Below are positions 29,361 to 38,792 of a stretch of DNA of 64,000 bases, one piece after another (positions within the stretch are counted from its first letter, which is position 1; each line of letters opens with the position of its first letter). The position numbers and the translations under genes were made by a program. This stretch comes from an uncultured Gammaproteobacteria bacterium. GTDB lineage: Bacteria > Patescibacteriota > Patescibacteriia > Buchananbacterales > UBA6539. The stretch is taken from positions 31,696-95,695 of the forward strand of contig CAZHUO010000001.1 in assembly GCA_964535715.1 (NCBI GenBank), written 5' to 3'. Below the pieces are notes generated by a model, which worked only from the letters and a program-made list of their open reading frames with translations, was not told the origin of the DNA and did not search any database.

Positions 29361-30617
29361 TTATTTTAGATTAATTTTATAAAGCTTGCCGTCGGTCTTG
29401 CTGGTGAAATAAAGGTAGCTGCTGTCCTTTGAAGCCATTACACTTTCAATATTATGATTGCCTTGAGGAATTGCAATTTTGGTTTTTGCCCCGGTTTTCA
29501 AATCAATTTTATAAAGGTCGCAGGCGGAGTTGTCCAATTCATTGGGAAATATTCCGGCTCCTCTGTCTAATTGTCTGGGCACAGCACAATAAATTGTGTC
29601 ATTATCGGCAAAGCCGCATTTGTCTACCCAAGTTTGCAGCTGGAGATTTATTCTGTTTTTTCCGATTGTGTCGCCGCTTGCCTGAACTATCCAAAGCGTC
29701 GGCTTATAATCGTTATTGCTTGAATATACGCTGTAAAGAAGCTTGTCGCCGCTGGTTGACCATTCTCCTTCAAAGCCTCTGCCCTCAACAACCGTTGATT
29801 TGAAATTTTCATTGTTTTGTCCCAAAAAATATAAATCTTCACGATCAAATGATTTTGATTTTCTAAACATCGCAATAATTTGGCCTTGCGGCGACCAATT
29901 AACGTCGACTTTTTCATCTTCATATCCCAAGTGCTCAATTTTTACGGCATTTGAGCCGTCAGAGCTGGAAACTGCAATCCAGCGGCTTTCTTCGGTTTCT
30001 CCCATGCTTTTAAAGATGACTCGGTCGTTATTAGGAGAAAAGCTGAATTCTTTCCAATGCTGAGGTAAAGTGATTTGCTCCTTTTTTACAAAATCATAAA
30101 CTATATTTGATCCGTCGGGATATTCCAAAACCGCTTTTTGCCTGTTTGGCGACCAGGTAATATTGTCGACGCTATAAAATATCTGGTCGCTGTAAGCTTT
30201 CTGCCTGCCATCTCCGCTTATTTGGTATATTAGTCCGGAATTTCTATCATAGTATAAAATAGTGTTGCCGTCGGAATTTAAAGTTGAATAATATGCCTGG
30301 CTGGAAGTTAGGGGACTGGTTTGAGTCAGACCGCCGGCGGCAACTTGAGAAACGGCTTGGCCGGCAGGGATTTCTTCGGGCGGTACGGCCAAATTTGCAT
30401 TTATTTGTCCGGGCAATGCACCGTTTAGATTGGCTGTCGGTATATTAGCATTGCCTCCGCTGGGCGGTAAGATTCCCGGCTCGCCGTTTACATTCACATT
30501 AGGGCCGACTGGCGGAATAGTCGGCTTTAAAAAAAATAAGTATAATAGATAGCCGATTGCTATTACTCCCAAAATAAAGGCGATTATTAATAAAATTTTT
30601 TTCCAGTCTAAATTCAT
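29361..30617 (-). CDS. Membrane-anchored TolB-like beta-propeller (PD40/WD40-like) protein
   Basis: N-terminal TM ILLIIAFILGVIAIGYLLYLFF, a Pro/Gly-rich linker, then repeated beta-propeller blades (ILYYDRNSG..., DNITWSPNRQ..., NWSPQGQ...). Confidence 0.7.
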   Translation of the reverse strand: MNLDWKKILLIIAFILGVIAIGYLLYLFFLKPTIPPVGPNVNVNGEPGILPPSGGNANIPTANLNGALPGQINANLAVPPEEIPAGQAVSQVAAGGLTQTSPLTSSQAYYSTLNSDGNTILYYDRNSGLIYQISGDGRQKAYSDQIFYSVDNITWSPNRQKAVLEYPDGSNIVYDFVKKEQITLPQHWKEFSFSPNNDRVIFKSMGETEESRWIAVSSSDGSNAVKIEHLGYEDEKVDVNWSPQGQIIAMFRKSKSFDREDLYFLGQNNENFKSTVVEGRGFEGEWSTSGDKLLYSVYSSNNDYKPTLWIVQASGDTIGKNRINLQLQTWVDKCGFADNDTIYCAVPRQLDRGAGIFPNELDNSACDLYKIDLKTGAKTKIAIPQGNHNIESVMASKDSSYLYFTSKTDGKLYKINLK

Positions 30618-30633
30618 ATATTTGAATTATTTT

Positions 30634-31908
30634 TTAACCAAATAGTAAAAATCCCAATATTGAGATAACCGATTTTGATATTTCCATTGCCACAATTAAT
30701 ATTACAAAAATCGTAAGAATAATCAGCGCAAAAAATGATCCAATAAAAATGCAGCCTAAAATTTCAAATATTCCCAAGCAGCCTTCAAGATTTTTTTTCG
30801 GATCTGTCGTATCTTCGTTTTCATTATTTGGTCCCAAAGCGCCTAATGACGGAATCCATTCACTGCCGAATTTGGCAAAAAATTGCCCCCAGGGCGTAAA
30901 ATAACGGTTTAAAAAATGAAAAGGAATATAACAATAAAAGCAGCCCCAACTGGGTATTATATTAAGCCAAGCCATTTTTAAAGCGCCGCCCGTTGCTTTG
31001 CTAGTTGCCTGCTGAGCTTTATTTTTCAATTTTTGCACTCTTCCTTTCAGTCCTTTTTCTTCTTTATCCTTTTTTTTATCAGAAGACAATTCTCTTTTTG
31101 TTTCTTGTTCATTCGGCTGATTTTGAGCTTCATCATTTTCTTGCGGCTGCTTTTCTTTTTTGTTTTTATCATCAGTTGGATTTTTTAATGGAGTTTCTTG
31201 TCCGGTTTTGTAGTCTGATTTTTTTTCATTATCGTTTTCTTCTTGGCCACTTGGTTTGTTTTGATCAGCTTTTGGCGATTCTTTTTTTTCTTCCTCATCC
31301 ACTTTTTTTTGTTCTTCTGTCTTTTTTGATTCTTCATCTTTAGCAGTTTCACTTCCTTTTTTCTGATTATTATCCTCTGATTCTTTTTCTTCTGATTTTT
31401 TACTTTGGTTCTGATCGGGCTGGCTTTCAGGATTTTCCTGATTTTGCTGCGTCTGATTTTCCGGTTCATTTGCCCCTGAATCAGGCTGGCTTTGATCCTG
31501 ATTGGGCTGGCTTTCAGGATTTTCCTGATTTTGCTGCGTCTGATTTTCCGGTTCATTTGCCCCTGAATCAGGCTGGCTTTGATCCTGATTAGGCTGGCTT
31601 TCAGGATTTTTTTGATTTTGATTTTTTGATTGGTTTTCTTTTTGGTTGTTTTGGCTCTTAGGGCTTGCTTGGCCGGCATTTTTGCTATCCGGCGATCTTT
31701 TCGATTTTTCCGTTTTTTGTTTTTGATTTTGCGCTCCGACTTTTTTTAAAGCCTCTTGTTCGGCATTTATTTGCTCAATTATAGTTTTTCTTATCTCATC
31801 ATTTAAGGCTCTTTTCAGCTTCTGCTGTTCAGAAGGCGCCATATTGCCTATTTGAGCAATTGGCTTTGATATTTCTTCATCTGATATTTTAATGTCTGGC
31901 TCAGCCAT
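30634..31908 (-). CDS. Low-complexity Q/N/E/K/P-rich disordered protein with a C-terminal TM anchor and a tandem 28-aa repeat
   Basis: NPESQPNQDQSQPDSGANEPENQTQQNQE occurs twice (DNA repeat ~31420-31600). C-terminal hydrophobic FIGSFFALIILTIFVILIVAM. Confidence 0.6.
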   Translation of the reverse strand: MAEPDIKISDEEISKPIAQIGNMAPSEQQKLKRALNDEIRKTIIEQINAEQEALKKVGAQNQKQKTEKSKRSPDSKNAGQASPKSQNNQKENQSKNQNQKNPESQPNQDQSQPDSGANEPENQTQQNQENPESQPNQDQSQPDSGANEPENQTQQNQENPESQPDQNQSKKSEEKESEDNNQKKGSETAKDEESKKTEEQKKVDEEEKKESPKADQNKPSGQEENDNEKKSDYKTGQETPLKNPTDDKNKKEKQPQENDEAQNQPNEQETKRELSSDKKKDKEEKGLKGRVQKLKNKAQQATSKATGGALKMAWLNIIPSWGCFYCYIPFHFLNRYFTPWGQFFAKFGSEWIPSLGALGPNNENEDTTDPKKNLEGCLGIFEILGCIFIGSFFALIILTIFVILIVAMEISKSVISILGFLLFG

Positions 31909-31923
31909 TTATTTTACTGTTAT

Positions 31924-34398
31924 TTATCTATTAATGCTTTCAATTTTTATTTTTTCCACTTTTCCTTTGCTTGAAAGAATTTGTTTGGCAATCATATTTT
32001 CCAAAAGATTTTGGATATTTTTTCTGATTGCCCTTGCTCCGCTTTCCGGAGAATAGCTGATGCTGGTTATTTCCTTTGCTATCTTTGGCATTAATTCTAT
32101 TGTAAATCCTTGATTTTCAAGCCGTTCTTTCAATTCATTCAGCTGCAGCTTAGCAATTTTTTCCAGGCTTTTTTTATCCAGCGGCTTGAAAACGATAGTC
32201 TTGTCCAATCTGTCTAAAAATTCTGGCGGAAATTTGTCTTTTAGCTGTTTTAAAACTTCTCGTTCGATTTGCTCCAGGTTTTTTTCCAGCGTAGTGTTTT
32301 CAATTTCTGCCTGAAAGCCTAAAGCCGCCTGCTGATTGAATTTGTTCGAACCTAAGTTTGAGGTCATTATGATTATTGTATTTTTAAAATCTATTTTTTT
32401 GCCAGAACCGTCGGTTAAATATCCGTCTTCCAATATTTGGAGCATTAAATTGAATATCTGCGGATGAGCTTTTTCTATTTCATCAAACAAGACAACGGAA
32501 TACGGCTTTCTTTTTACCTCGTCGGTCAGTTTTGTTCCGTCTTTGTAGCCGATATAGCCGGCCGGCGCTCCGATCAGCTTTGAGGCATTAAAGCTTTCGG
32601 CGAATTCGGACATATCAATTTTTATTAAAGCATGGGGGTCACTGAAAACAGTTTCAGCAAGGACTTTTGCCAGCTCAGTTTTGCCTACGCCGGAAGGCCC
32701 CAAAAACATAAAAGATCCAATCGGCCTGTTGGCATTTGTCACTCCGGCTCTTGATCGACGGATAAATTCCGCCAAGCTTTTTAAGGCGTTGTCTTGGCCG
32801 ATAATTTTTTTGCTTAGCATTTTTTCCAGATTAAGCAATTTTTTCTTTTCGCTTAAGATCAATTCGTTGGTTGGAATGCCGGTTATTTTTGAAACTATTA
32901 AGGCAATATCTTTTTCGGTAATTACGCTTGTTTTTTTGGGATGGGTTTTTTCCAGCGATTCTTTTAAAACATTTATCTGCTTTTTGATTTCCTGGCTTGC
33001 TTGTTTGAATCTGAGGGCGATATTAAATCTTTCCTGTTCAATTGCTTCTATCTTTTTTTGTTCTATTTCCGAAAGTTCATTTTCAAAATATTCAATTTCT
33101 TTAGTTTGAGGTAAAGCGGTTTTTTTAATTTTTATCGCTGAAGATGCCTCATCAATAAGATCAATGGCTTTATCGGGTAAAAATCGGTCGGTAATATATT
33201 TTTGTGAAAGCTGAGCCGCGGTGATTATCGCTTTGTCGTCTATTTTTACCTGATGAAAAATTTCATAATTATGCCTGATGCCTTTGAGTATTTCAATTGT
33301 TTTATTTAAATCAGGCTGGCTGATATTGATTGTCTGAAATCGCCGTTCTAATGCCGGATCGCTTTCAATATGTTTTTTGTAGTCCAAAGGCGTTGTTGCG
33401 CCAATGCAGCGGATTTCACCTCTGGCCAAAGCCGGCTTTAGGATATTTGCCGCATCCATTGAGCCATTGGCTGATCCGGCGCCGATGATATTGTGGATTT
33501 CATCAATAAAAAGAATGATATTGTCATTTTGCTTGACTTCATTAAGAATTTGCTTTATTCGATTTTCAAATTCACCCCTGAAGCTTGTGCCGGCGACAAC
33601 AAGGCTTAGATCAAGCGAGTAGATTGATTTTTTTAGAAGAATTTCAGGTACTTCTTTTTCATTGATTTTTTTTGCGAGCCCTTCGACGATTGCTGTTTTT
33701 CCGACTCCCGGATCGCCCAAAAGCAGGGGATTATTTTTATTCCGGCGGGAAAGGATTTGAATAAGTCGATTGATTTCTTCTTCTCTTCCGATAACCGGAT
33801 CAATATTTATTTGAATTTTTTTGTCTGTTAAATTTGTGGCAAAAAGATCCAGGGCTGAACGCAAAGCGGTGTTTTGCTGGTTGATTTCTCCGAGGTAGCC
33901 TTCGCCATGGCTTTGATTTTCGAAGTAGTTCAGGCTGCCGGTTAAATCGGGAAATTTTGAAGTGCTGTTTATTACCATATCGGTTTGCTTTTTAATTTCC
34001 ATCGCATTTATATTTTTCTGCCTGAAAAAATCAATAATTGATTCATCTTTTGACACAATTAATGATGCCAGCAGATGTTCTGTTCCGATATAGCGATGCT
34101 TATTAAGGCCGGAAATTAAAAACGCCCTTTCCAATATTTTTTTAGTATTTTGGTCAAGGCCGATTTGATCCAATGTTTTTTTTCTTTTGAGGGCATTTTG
34201 CAGATCATCTTTTATTTCTTGGCCTTTGATTTTTGCCTTATCTAAAATTTGGAAGGCAATGCTTCCTTTCTGCTCGGAAAGGCCATAAAGGACATGTTTT
34301 GGGGTAATGCTTTTATGGCCGGAATTTAACGCCAAATTAAAAGCACTTTTTAAGGCATCTTTTGAGTGATTGCTGAATTTTTCAAAAATTGAAATCAT
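31924..34398 (-). CDS. clpC: Clp/Hsp100 AAA+ chaperone, ClpC-like (two AAA modules, short middle domain)
   Basis: Clp_N start [23 protein letters not shown]1 [21 protein letters not shown]2 [20 protein letters not shown] ~75-aa middle region favours ClpC over ClpB. Confidence 0.85.
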   Translation of the reverse strand: MISIFEKFSNHSKDALKSAFNLALNSGHKSITPKHVLYGLSEQKGSIAFQILDKAKIKGQEIKDDLQNALKRKKTLDQIGLDQNTKKILERAFLISGLNKHRYIGTEHLLASLIVSKDESIIDFFRQKNINAMEIKKQTDMVINSTSKFPDLTGSLNYFENQSHGEGYLGEINQQNTALRSALDLFATNLTDKKIQINIDPVIGREEEINRLIQILSRRNKNNPLLLGDPGVGKTAIVEGLAKKINEKEVPEILLKKSIYSLDLSLVVAGTSFRGEFENRIKQILNEVKQNDNIILFIDEIHNIIGAGSANGSMDAANILKPALARGEIRCIGATTPLDYKKHIESDPALERRFQTINISQPDLNKTIEILKGIRHNYEIFHQVKIDDKAIITAAQLSQKYITDRFLPDKAIDLIDEASSAIKIKKTALPQTKEIEYFENELSEIEQKKIEAIEQERFNIALRFKQASQEIKKQINVLKESLEKTHPKKTSVITEKDIALIVSKITGIPTNELILSEKKKLLNLEKMLSKKIIGQDNALKSLAEFIRRSRAGVTNANRPIGSFMFLGPSGVGKTELAKVLAETVFSDPHALIKIDMSEFAESFNASKLIGAPAGYIGYKDGTKLTDEVKRKPYSVVLFDEIEKAHPQIFNLMLQILEDGYLTDGSGKKIDFKNTIIIMTSNLGSNKFNQQAALGFQAEIENTTLEKNLEQIEREVLKQLKDKFPPEFLDRLDKTIVFKPLDKKSLEKIAKLQLNELKERLENQGFTIELMPKIAKEITSISYSPESGARAIRKNIQNLLENMIAKQILSSKGKVEKIKIESINR

Positions 34399-34406
34399 GT
34401 TTTATT

Positions 34407-34439
34407 AAATTACAATTCCAAAATCTCAAATCCCAAACC
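34407..34439. promoter_or_regulatory. A/C-rich motif upstream of clpC, shared with the htpX upstream region
   Basis: aaattacaattccaaaatctcaaatcccaaacc. Near-identical copies occur at 35497-35519 and, inverted, at 35581-35617. Confidence 0.35.
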
Positions 34440-34500
34440 TCTTAGAAACATAATTTAGGATTTATTCATTAAAACTTGCAATTCGTTATTTGGTGCTTAG

Positions 34501-35394
34501 TTAGATCATCTTGCGCAAAGTGGCAATTCTTTCCTGAATTGGCGGGTGGGTCGAAAAAAGCTTTGCCAGCAAATGCTTATTTTTTCCAAAAGGGCTTGAA
34601 ATATAAAGATGGGCAGTGGCATTATTTGCTCTTTTTATGGAAATATTTTCGGCTTCAATTTTTTCAAGCGCTCTGGCTAAACCTTCCGGATAACGCGTTA
34701 AAAGAGACCCCGAAGCATCAGCTAAAAATTCTCTTTTTCTGGAAATTGCCAGCTGGATTAATTTTCCAATAAGCGGGGAAAGGATTAAAAGAATAATCCC
34801 GACAATTAAAAGAATTGCGCCAATCTGGCCGCCGGATTTGCTATCCTTTTTATTCCCGCCAAAAAAACTGATTCTTACAAACCAGTCTGAAAGCAGAGCG
34901 ACTAATCCAACCATTACTATTACTATGGTCATTACCAGTATGTCGTAATTTTTTATATGAGAAAGCTCATGAGCAATTACTCCTTCCAGCTCTTCGTTTT
35001 GGAGTTTTTCAATCGCTCCGCTGGTGACGGCTATTGAAGCATGTTTTGGGTTTCTGCCGCAGGCGAAAGCGTTTATTGACGGATCAGAAATAATATAGAC
35101 TTTTGGCATTGGCGTTCCGGCCGTAATTGCAAGATTTTCAACCATTCGGTATAAATATGAATTATCTTGATCCTTGATCGGGCCTTTGGCGCCGGCACTC
35201 ATTAATGCGACCTTGTCGCCTTCAAAGTAGCTTATTAGGGATATTACTATTGAAAAAATGGACGCGACAAACAATCCGTTATAGCCGGTGTTAGTTGATT
35301 GCGAAAAAGCCCAGCCGGCCAAAAGGATTATTATAATGAATGATGCGATTAAAATTACGGTTTTTCTTTTATTGCTGTCAATTTGGTTGTACAT
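34501..35394 (-). CDS. htpX: Zinc metalloprotease HtpX (M48)
   Basis: HELSHIKNYD HExxH motif with N-terminal TM helices. Confidence 0.85.
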   Translation of the reverse strand: MYNQIDSNKRKTVILIASFIIIILLAGWAFSQSTNTGYNGLFVASIFSIVISLISYFEGDKVALMSAGAKGPIKDQDNSYLYRMVENLAITAGTPMPKVYIISDPSINAFACGRNPKHASIAVTSGAIEKLQNEELEGVIAHELSHIKNYDILVMTIVIVMVGLVALLSDWFVRISFFGGNKKDSKSGGQIGAILLIVGIILLILSPLIGKLIQLAISRKREFLADASGSLLTRYPEGLARALEKIEAENISIKRANNATAHLYISSPFGKNKHLLAKLFSTHPPIQERIATLRKMI

Positions 35395-35480
35395 ATTTAA
35401 GCAAGATAAGTTTTAAGCAAGATAAGTGAGATAAGTGGTATTAGAAAAATCTTAATATTTAGTTAGATTGTAAACAAATT

Positions 35481-35640
35481 CCGGAATATAAGCACCAAAT
35501 TACAAATCCCAAACAAATGACAAAACACAAAACTCAAATTTCAAACGCTAAGTTTAGACGTTTGGAAATTGATATTTGAAATTTGTTTGGATCTTGAGAT
35601 TTGGAATTTGTAATTTATTTAGGATTTTCAGCCATAGGCG
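35481..35640. promoter_or_regulatory. Imperfect ~140-bp palindrome built from the same A/C-rich motif, between lemA and htpX
   Basis: caaattacaaatcccaaacaaatg ... atttgtttggatcttgagatttggaatttgtaattt. The arms are mutual reverse complements of the clpC-upstream motif. Confidence 0.35.
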
Positions 35641-35711
35641 CTTGCCCGCCAATGGTAGGGATCAGCCTTTAGCCGAAGAAATTAATAGGTTTATTTTGCT
35701 TGTTTAGTCGG

Positions 35712-36269
35712 CTAAAACTTTACTTGGACATTTGCCTTTTCAGCTTCTTCGGTTTGGAAGAATTCGAAATTTTTGAAGCCAAGCATTCCGGCCATTAGAT
35801 TATTTGGGAAAGTTTCAGTTTTAGTGTTGAAATCCCTGACATTGCCGTTATAAAATCTTCTAGCAGCCTGTATTTTGTTTTCAGTGTCAGAAAGTTCATC
35901 TTGCAGCTTTAGAAAGTTTTGCGACGCTTTAAGGTCAGGATAGTTTTCGGCTACAGCGAATACCGACTTTAAAGCTTCAGAAAGCATATTTTCTGTCTGG
36001 CCTTTTTCTGCCGTACCTTTGGCATTAATTGCATCAGCTCTGGCTTTTGTCACTTTTTCAAAAAGCTCTTTTTCGTGAGTCGCATAGCCCTTTACGGTTT
36101 CAATCAGATTTGGGATTAAGTCATGGCGTCTTTTTAGCTGGACGTCGATGTCAGAAAATGCCTCTTGGGTTCTATTTTTTAGCCTAATTAGGCTATTAAA
36201 TAATAAAATTAGCCAGCCAACAAGCGCGATGGCAATGACTAACACCACTAAACCGATAGTTCCTTCCAT
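35712..36269 (-). CDS. lemA: LemA family membrane protein
   Basis: N-terminal TM, then FNSLIRLKNRTQEAFSDIDVQLKRRHDLIPNLIETVKGYA, typical of the LemA family. It lies next to htpX, as is common. Confidence 0.85.
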   Translation of the reverse strand: MEGTIGLVVLVIAIALVGWLILLFNSLIRLKNRTQEAFSDIDVQLKRRHDLIPNLIETVKGYATHEKELFEKVTKARADAINAKGTAEKGQTENMLSEALKSVFAVAENYPDLKASQNFLKLQDELSDTENKIQAARRFYNGNVRDFNTKTETFPNNLMAGMLGFKNFEFFQTEEAEKANVQVKF

Positions 36270-36444
36270 AATTTTTTCTCCTTAATTTAGCCGGGCTTTT
36301 GTTTATTGCCCGAAATTAATTTTTATGGTAAAATATATTTAAGAAGTTGCTTTTAACGTTATTATTATATAATTAAAAAGAGGTTTAGTCAAAGAGTTAT
36401 TTAAAGTTATAAATTTTTTTTAACAAAAGTAACATAATTTATAT

Positions 36445-38733
36445 TTGGAAATTAAAATTATGAAAAAGTATTCTAAATCAACCAATTTATTTACTTTTTT
36501 GCCGATTTTAGCGGTGGCAGTTTTTGCCACTTTTTTTGTTGGCGGTATTTGCGTTTTTGCCCAAACCTGGGTTGGTCCGACAGCTGATCCGCCGGGAAAT
36601 AACGTTTCCGGCTTAATTCAAAATAGAAATCCGATTGATAATAATCCCCAAGCGGCCTCAATTGATATTTCCGGCCAGTTAAGGGTTGGAAATAAAGCGG
36701 AAGTTGATAATTTAGTAATGACAAATTCCGGCTGGATTACGGTTGTCGGCGGTTCGATTTGCCTTGGTTCGACTAATCCGGAGGATTGCATAAGTGTCTG
36801 GCCGGGTAGCGGAAATGAGAGCATATGGGTTTTGAAAGATAATAATGACATTTATTATAATGCTGGCAATGTAGGTATTGGCACTAGTAATCCTAGTGCG
36901 GATATTAGGTTGATAGTTGGAGATGGCACTCCCATCGGCAATATTATCGGTATTAGCGGTGCCAGCAGCGAATATATAGGCACCCGCCTGGATGTTTTGG
37001 GTGCGGAAAAATGGTTTTCCGGAATAAATAATCAGGAAGATTATGTAATTAGAAAAGACAGCTCTTCTAATCCTTTTTTAATTGATTATGATACCAGCAA
37101 TGTCGGGATTGGTACAGGTGTGCCTGATAATAAATTAACAGTGAACGGCGACATTAATATTATTAACGGCAATAAATACAGAATTAACAATGAAATTATG
37201 GTTCAAGCTGATACTTCTAAGAAAAACTATTTTTTTGCCAATGCCGGAAATTTAACAATGACAGGTGATTTTAATAGTGTCTTGGGTAGAAATTCTTTGA
37301 AAAATAATGTTGAAGGTTCAGGAAATGTTGCTTTTGGCGAGCAAGCCCTAACTAATACAATTTCCGGTAATTATAATACGGCATTGGGATTTAAATCACT
37401 CTTTAATCATTTGTCCAGTTTTACCAATACGGCCATAGGAAGTTTGTCGGGAGGGAATCTAATTAATGGCAATGGAAACACTTTTTTAGGAACTTATTCA
37501 GGCGGCAATATAGAAGAAGGCAATTATAATACTTTTGTCGGTTATGGTTCCGGCGGCTACCTTTCAAATATACTGAAAGTTGGTTCAAATAATATTTTAA
37601 TTGGCTATAATGCCGGCGCAATAGAAAATATATCTAATTTTTTAAATATTGGAAATACGATATATGGCGATTTATCTGCCAAAAGTGTTGGCATTGGAGT
37701 AGTCAGCCCTTCGCAGAAGCTTGATGTTGGCGGCAGCTTGAAAGTTGCCGAAGATGTTTATTTAGAAAATGATAAAGCTGTGAGAGTTGACGGTTCAGGC
37801 TTAACAAATCTATATATTGGAAATTGGGGAGTGGGAGCATCAGGCGTTAATTTAAATATAAATAACGGCGGCATATTAGCAGCCGGCAGTAACAGCTGGG
37901 ACGGCGGAACTTTAGGAGCGGGTAAAAGAATGATGTGGATACCGGCAAAATCAGCTTTTAGAGCCGGTATGGTCGAAGGTGATGAGTGGAATTCTGTAAA
38001 TATTGGAAATTATAGTTTTGCCGTCGGTTTTAATACAAAAGCATCGGGTGGAAGTTCAGTAGCAATGGGTTCCAAAACAACCGCTTCAGGTCAATCTTCA
38101 TTAGCTTTAGGTACTGATACTATGGCTTCAGGACATTGGTCAATGGCAACTGGTTGGGGAACTCAGGCATTGGGAATCATGTCAACGGCGATGGGTGAAG
38201 GATCAATTGCCTTGGGAGATTTTTCGACGGCAATTGGATTGCATTCAAGAGCGGGAAGATATTCAGTGGCAATAGGAAAAGATACAATAGCTTCAGGCCA
38301 AGGTTCGGTTGCATTTGGTAATACCTCAGAAGCATCAGGCAATTATTCAGTAGCAATTGGTTCTTTAACTACCGCTTCAGGTCAATCTTCATTTGCTTTA
38401 GGTTCGAGTATAGTAGCATCGGGTGGAAGTTCAGTAGCAATGGGGCAAAGAATTAGCGTTTCCGGAAATAATAGTTTTGGAATAGGGCTTGATTATTATT
38501 CAAGGGAATTAACTCAGCCAAATACCATGGCAGTAATGGGCGGAAAAGTCGGAATTGGGATACTTAATCCTGTTGAAGTATTGGAAGTTAACGGAAACAT
38601 TAAGGCAAGCGGGGGCTATTTAGCTGGTAGCCAGCAAGGTTTAACCAAGAATATTACAGTCAAAGGTTCTGACGGGAATAATTGCAGCATTAATGTGGTT
38701 GGCGGAATAATTGTATCCACCACCTGTCCTTAA
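36445..38733 (+). CDS. Secreted repeat protein with YadA-head/Hep_Hag-like or tail-fibre-like Ser/Gly/Ala 14-residue repeats
   Basis: Signal/[27 protein letters not shown]. More than 12 tandem degenerate repeats of the form xxSxAxGxxTxASGxxS (e.g. [34 protein letters not shown]...). Confidence 0.7.
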   Translation: MEIKIMKKYSKSTNLFTFLPILAVAVFATFFVGGICVFAQTWVGPTADPPGNNVSGLIQNRNPIDNNPQAASIDISGQLRVGNKAEVDNLVMTNSGWITVVGGSICLGSTNPEDCISVWPGSGNESIWVLKDNNDIYYNAGNVGIGTSNPSADIRLIVGDGTPIGNIIGISGASSEYIGTRLDVLGAEKWFSGINNQEDYVIRKDSSSNPFLIDYDTSNVGIGTGVPDNKLTVNGDINIINGNKYRINNEIMVQADTSKKNYFFANAGNLTMTGDFNSVLGRNSLKNNVEGSGNVAFGEQALTNTISGNYNTALGFKSLFNHLSSFTNTAIGSLSGGNLINGNGNTFLGTYSGGNIEEGNYNTFVGYGSGGYLSNILKVGSNNILIGYNAGAIENISNFLNIGNTIYGDLSAKSVGIGVVSPSQKLDVGGSLKVAEDVYLENDKAVRVDGSGLTNLYIGNWGVGASGVNLNINNGGILAAGSNSWDGGTLGAGKRMMWIPAKSAFRAGMVEGDEWNSVNIGNYSFAVGFNTKASGGSSVAMGSKTTASGQSSLALGTDTMASGHWSMATGWGTQALGIMSTAMGEGSIALGDFSTAIGLHSRAGRYSVAIGKDTIASGQGSVAFGNTSEASGNYSVAIGSLTTASGQSSFALGSSIVASGGSSVAMGQRISVSGNNSFGIGLDYYSRELTQPNTMAVMGGKVGIGILNPVEVLEVNGNIKASGGYLAGSQQGLTKNITVKGSDGNNCSINVVGGIIVSTTCP

Positions 38734-38792
38734 TTAATACTTATTGGAAAATCGGATAATGTGACTTTTAATGAAATTTATTTAAGTATTTA

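Noticed and set aside
31005-31679. Antisense ORFs (31005..31343 +, 31185..31679 -) inside the low-complexity gene
   Set aside because: They are artefacts of translating repetitive low-complexity DNA in other frames (poly-K/R or poly-F/L products).
34476-34772. 98-aa plus-strand ORF antisense to htpX (and similar short antisense ORFs listed throughout)
   Set aside because: It is completely embedded in a well-supported gene on the opposite strand and has no motifs.
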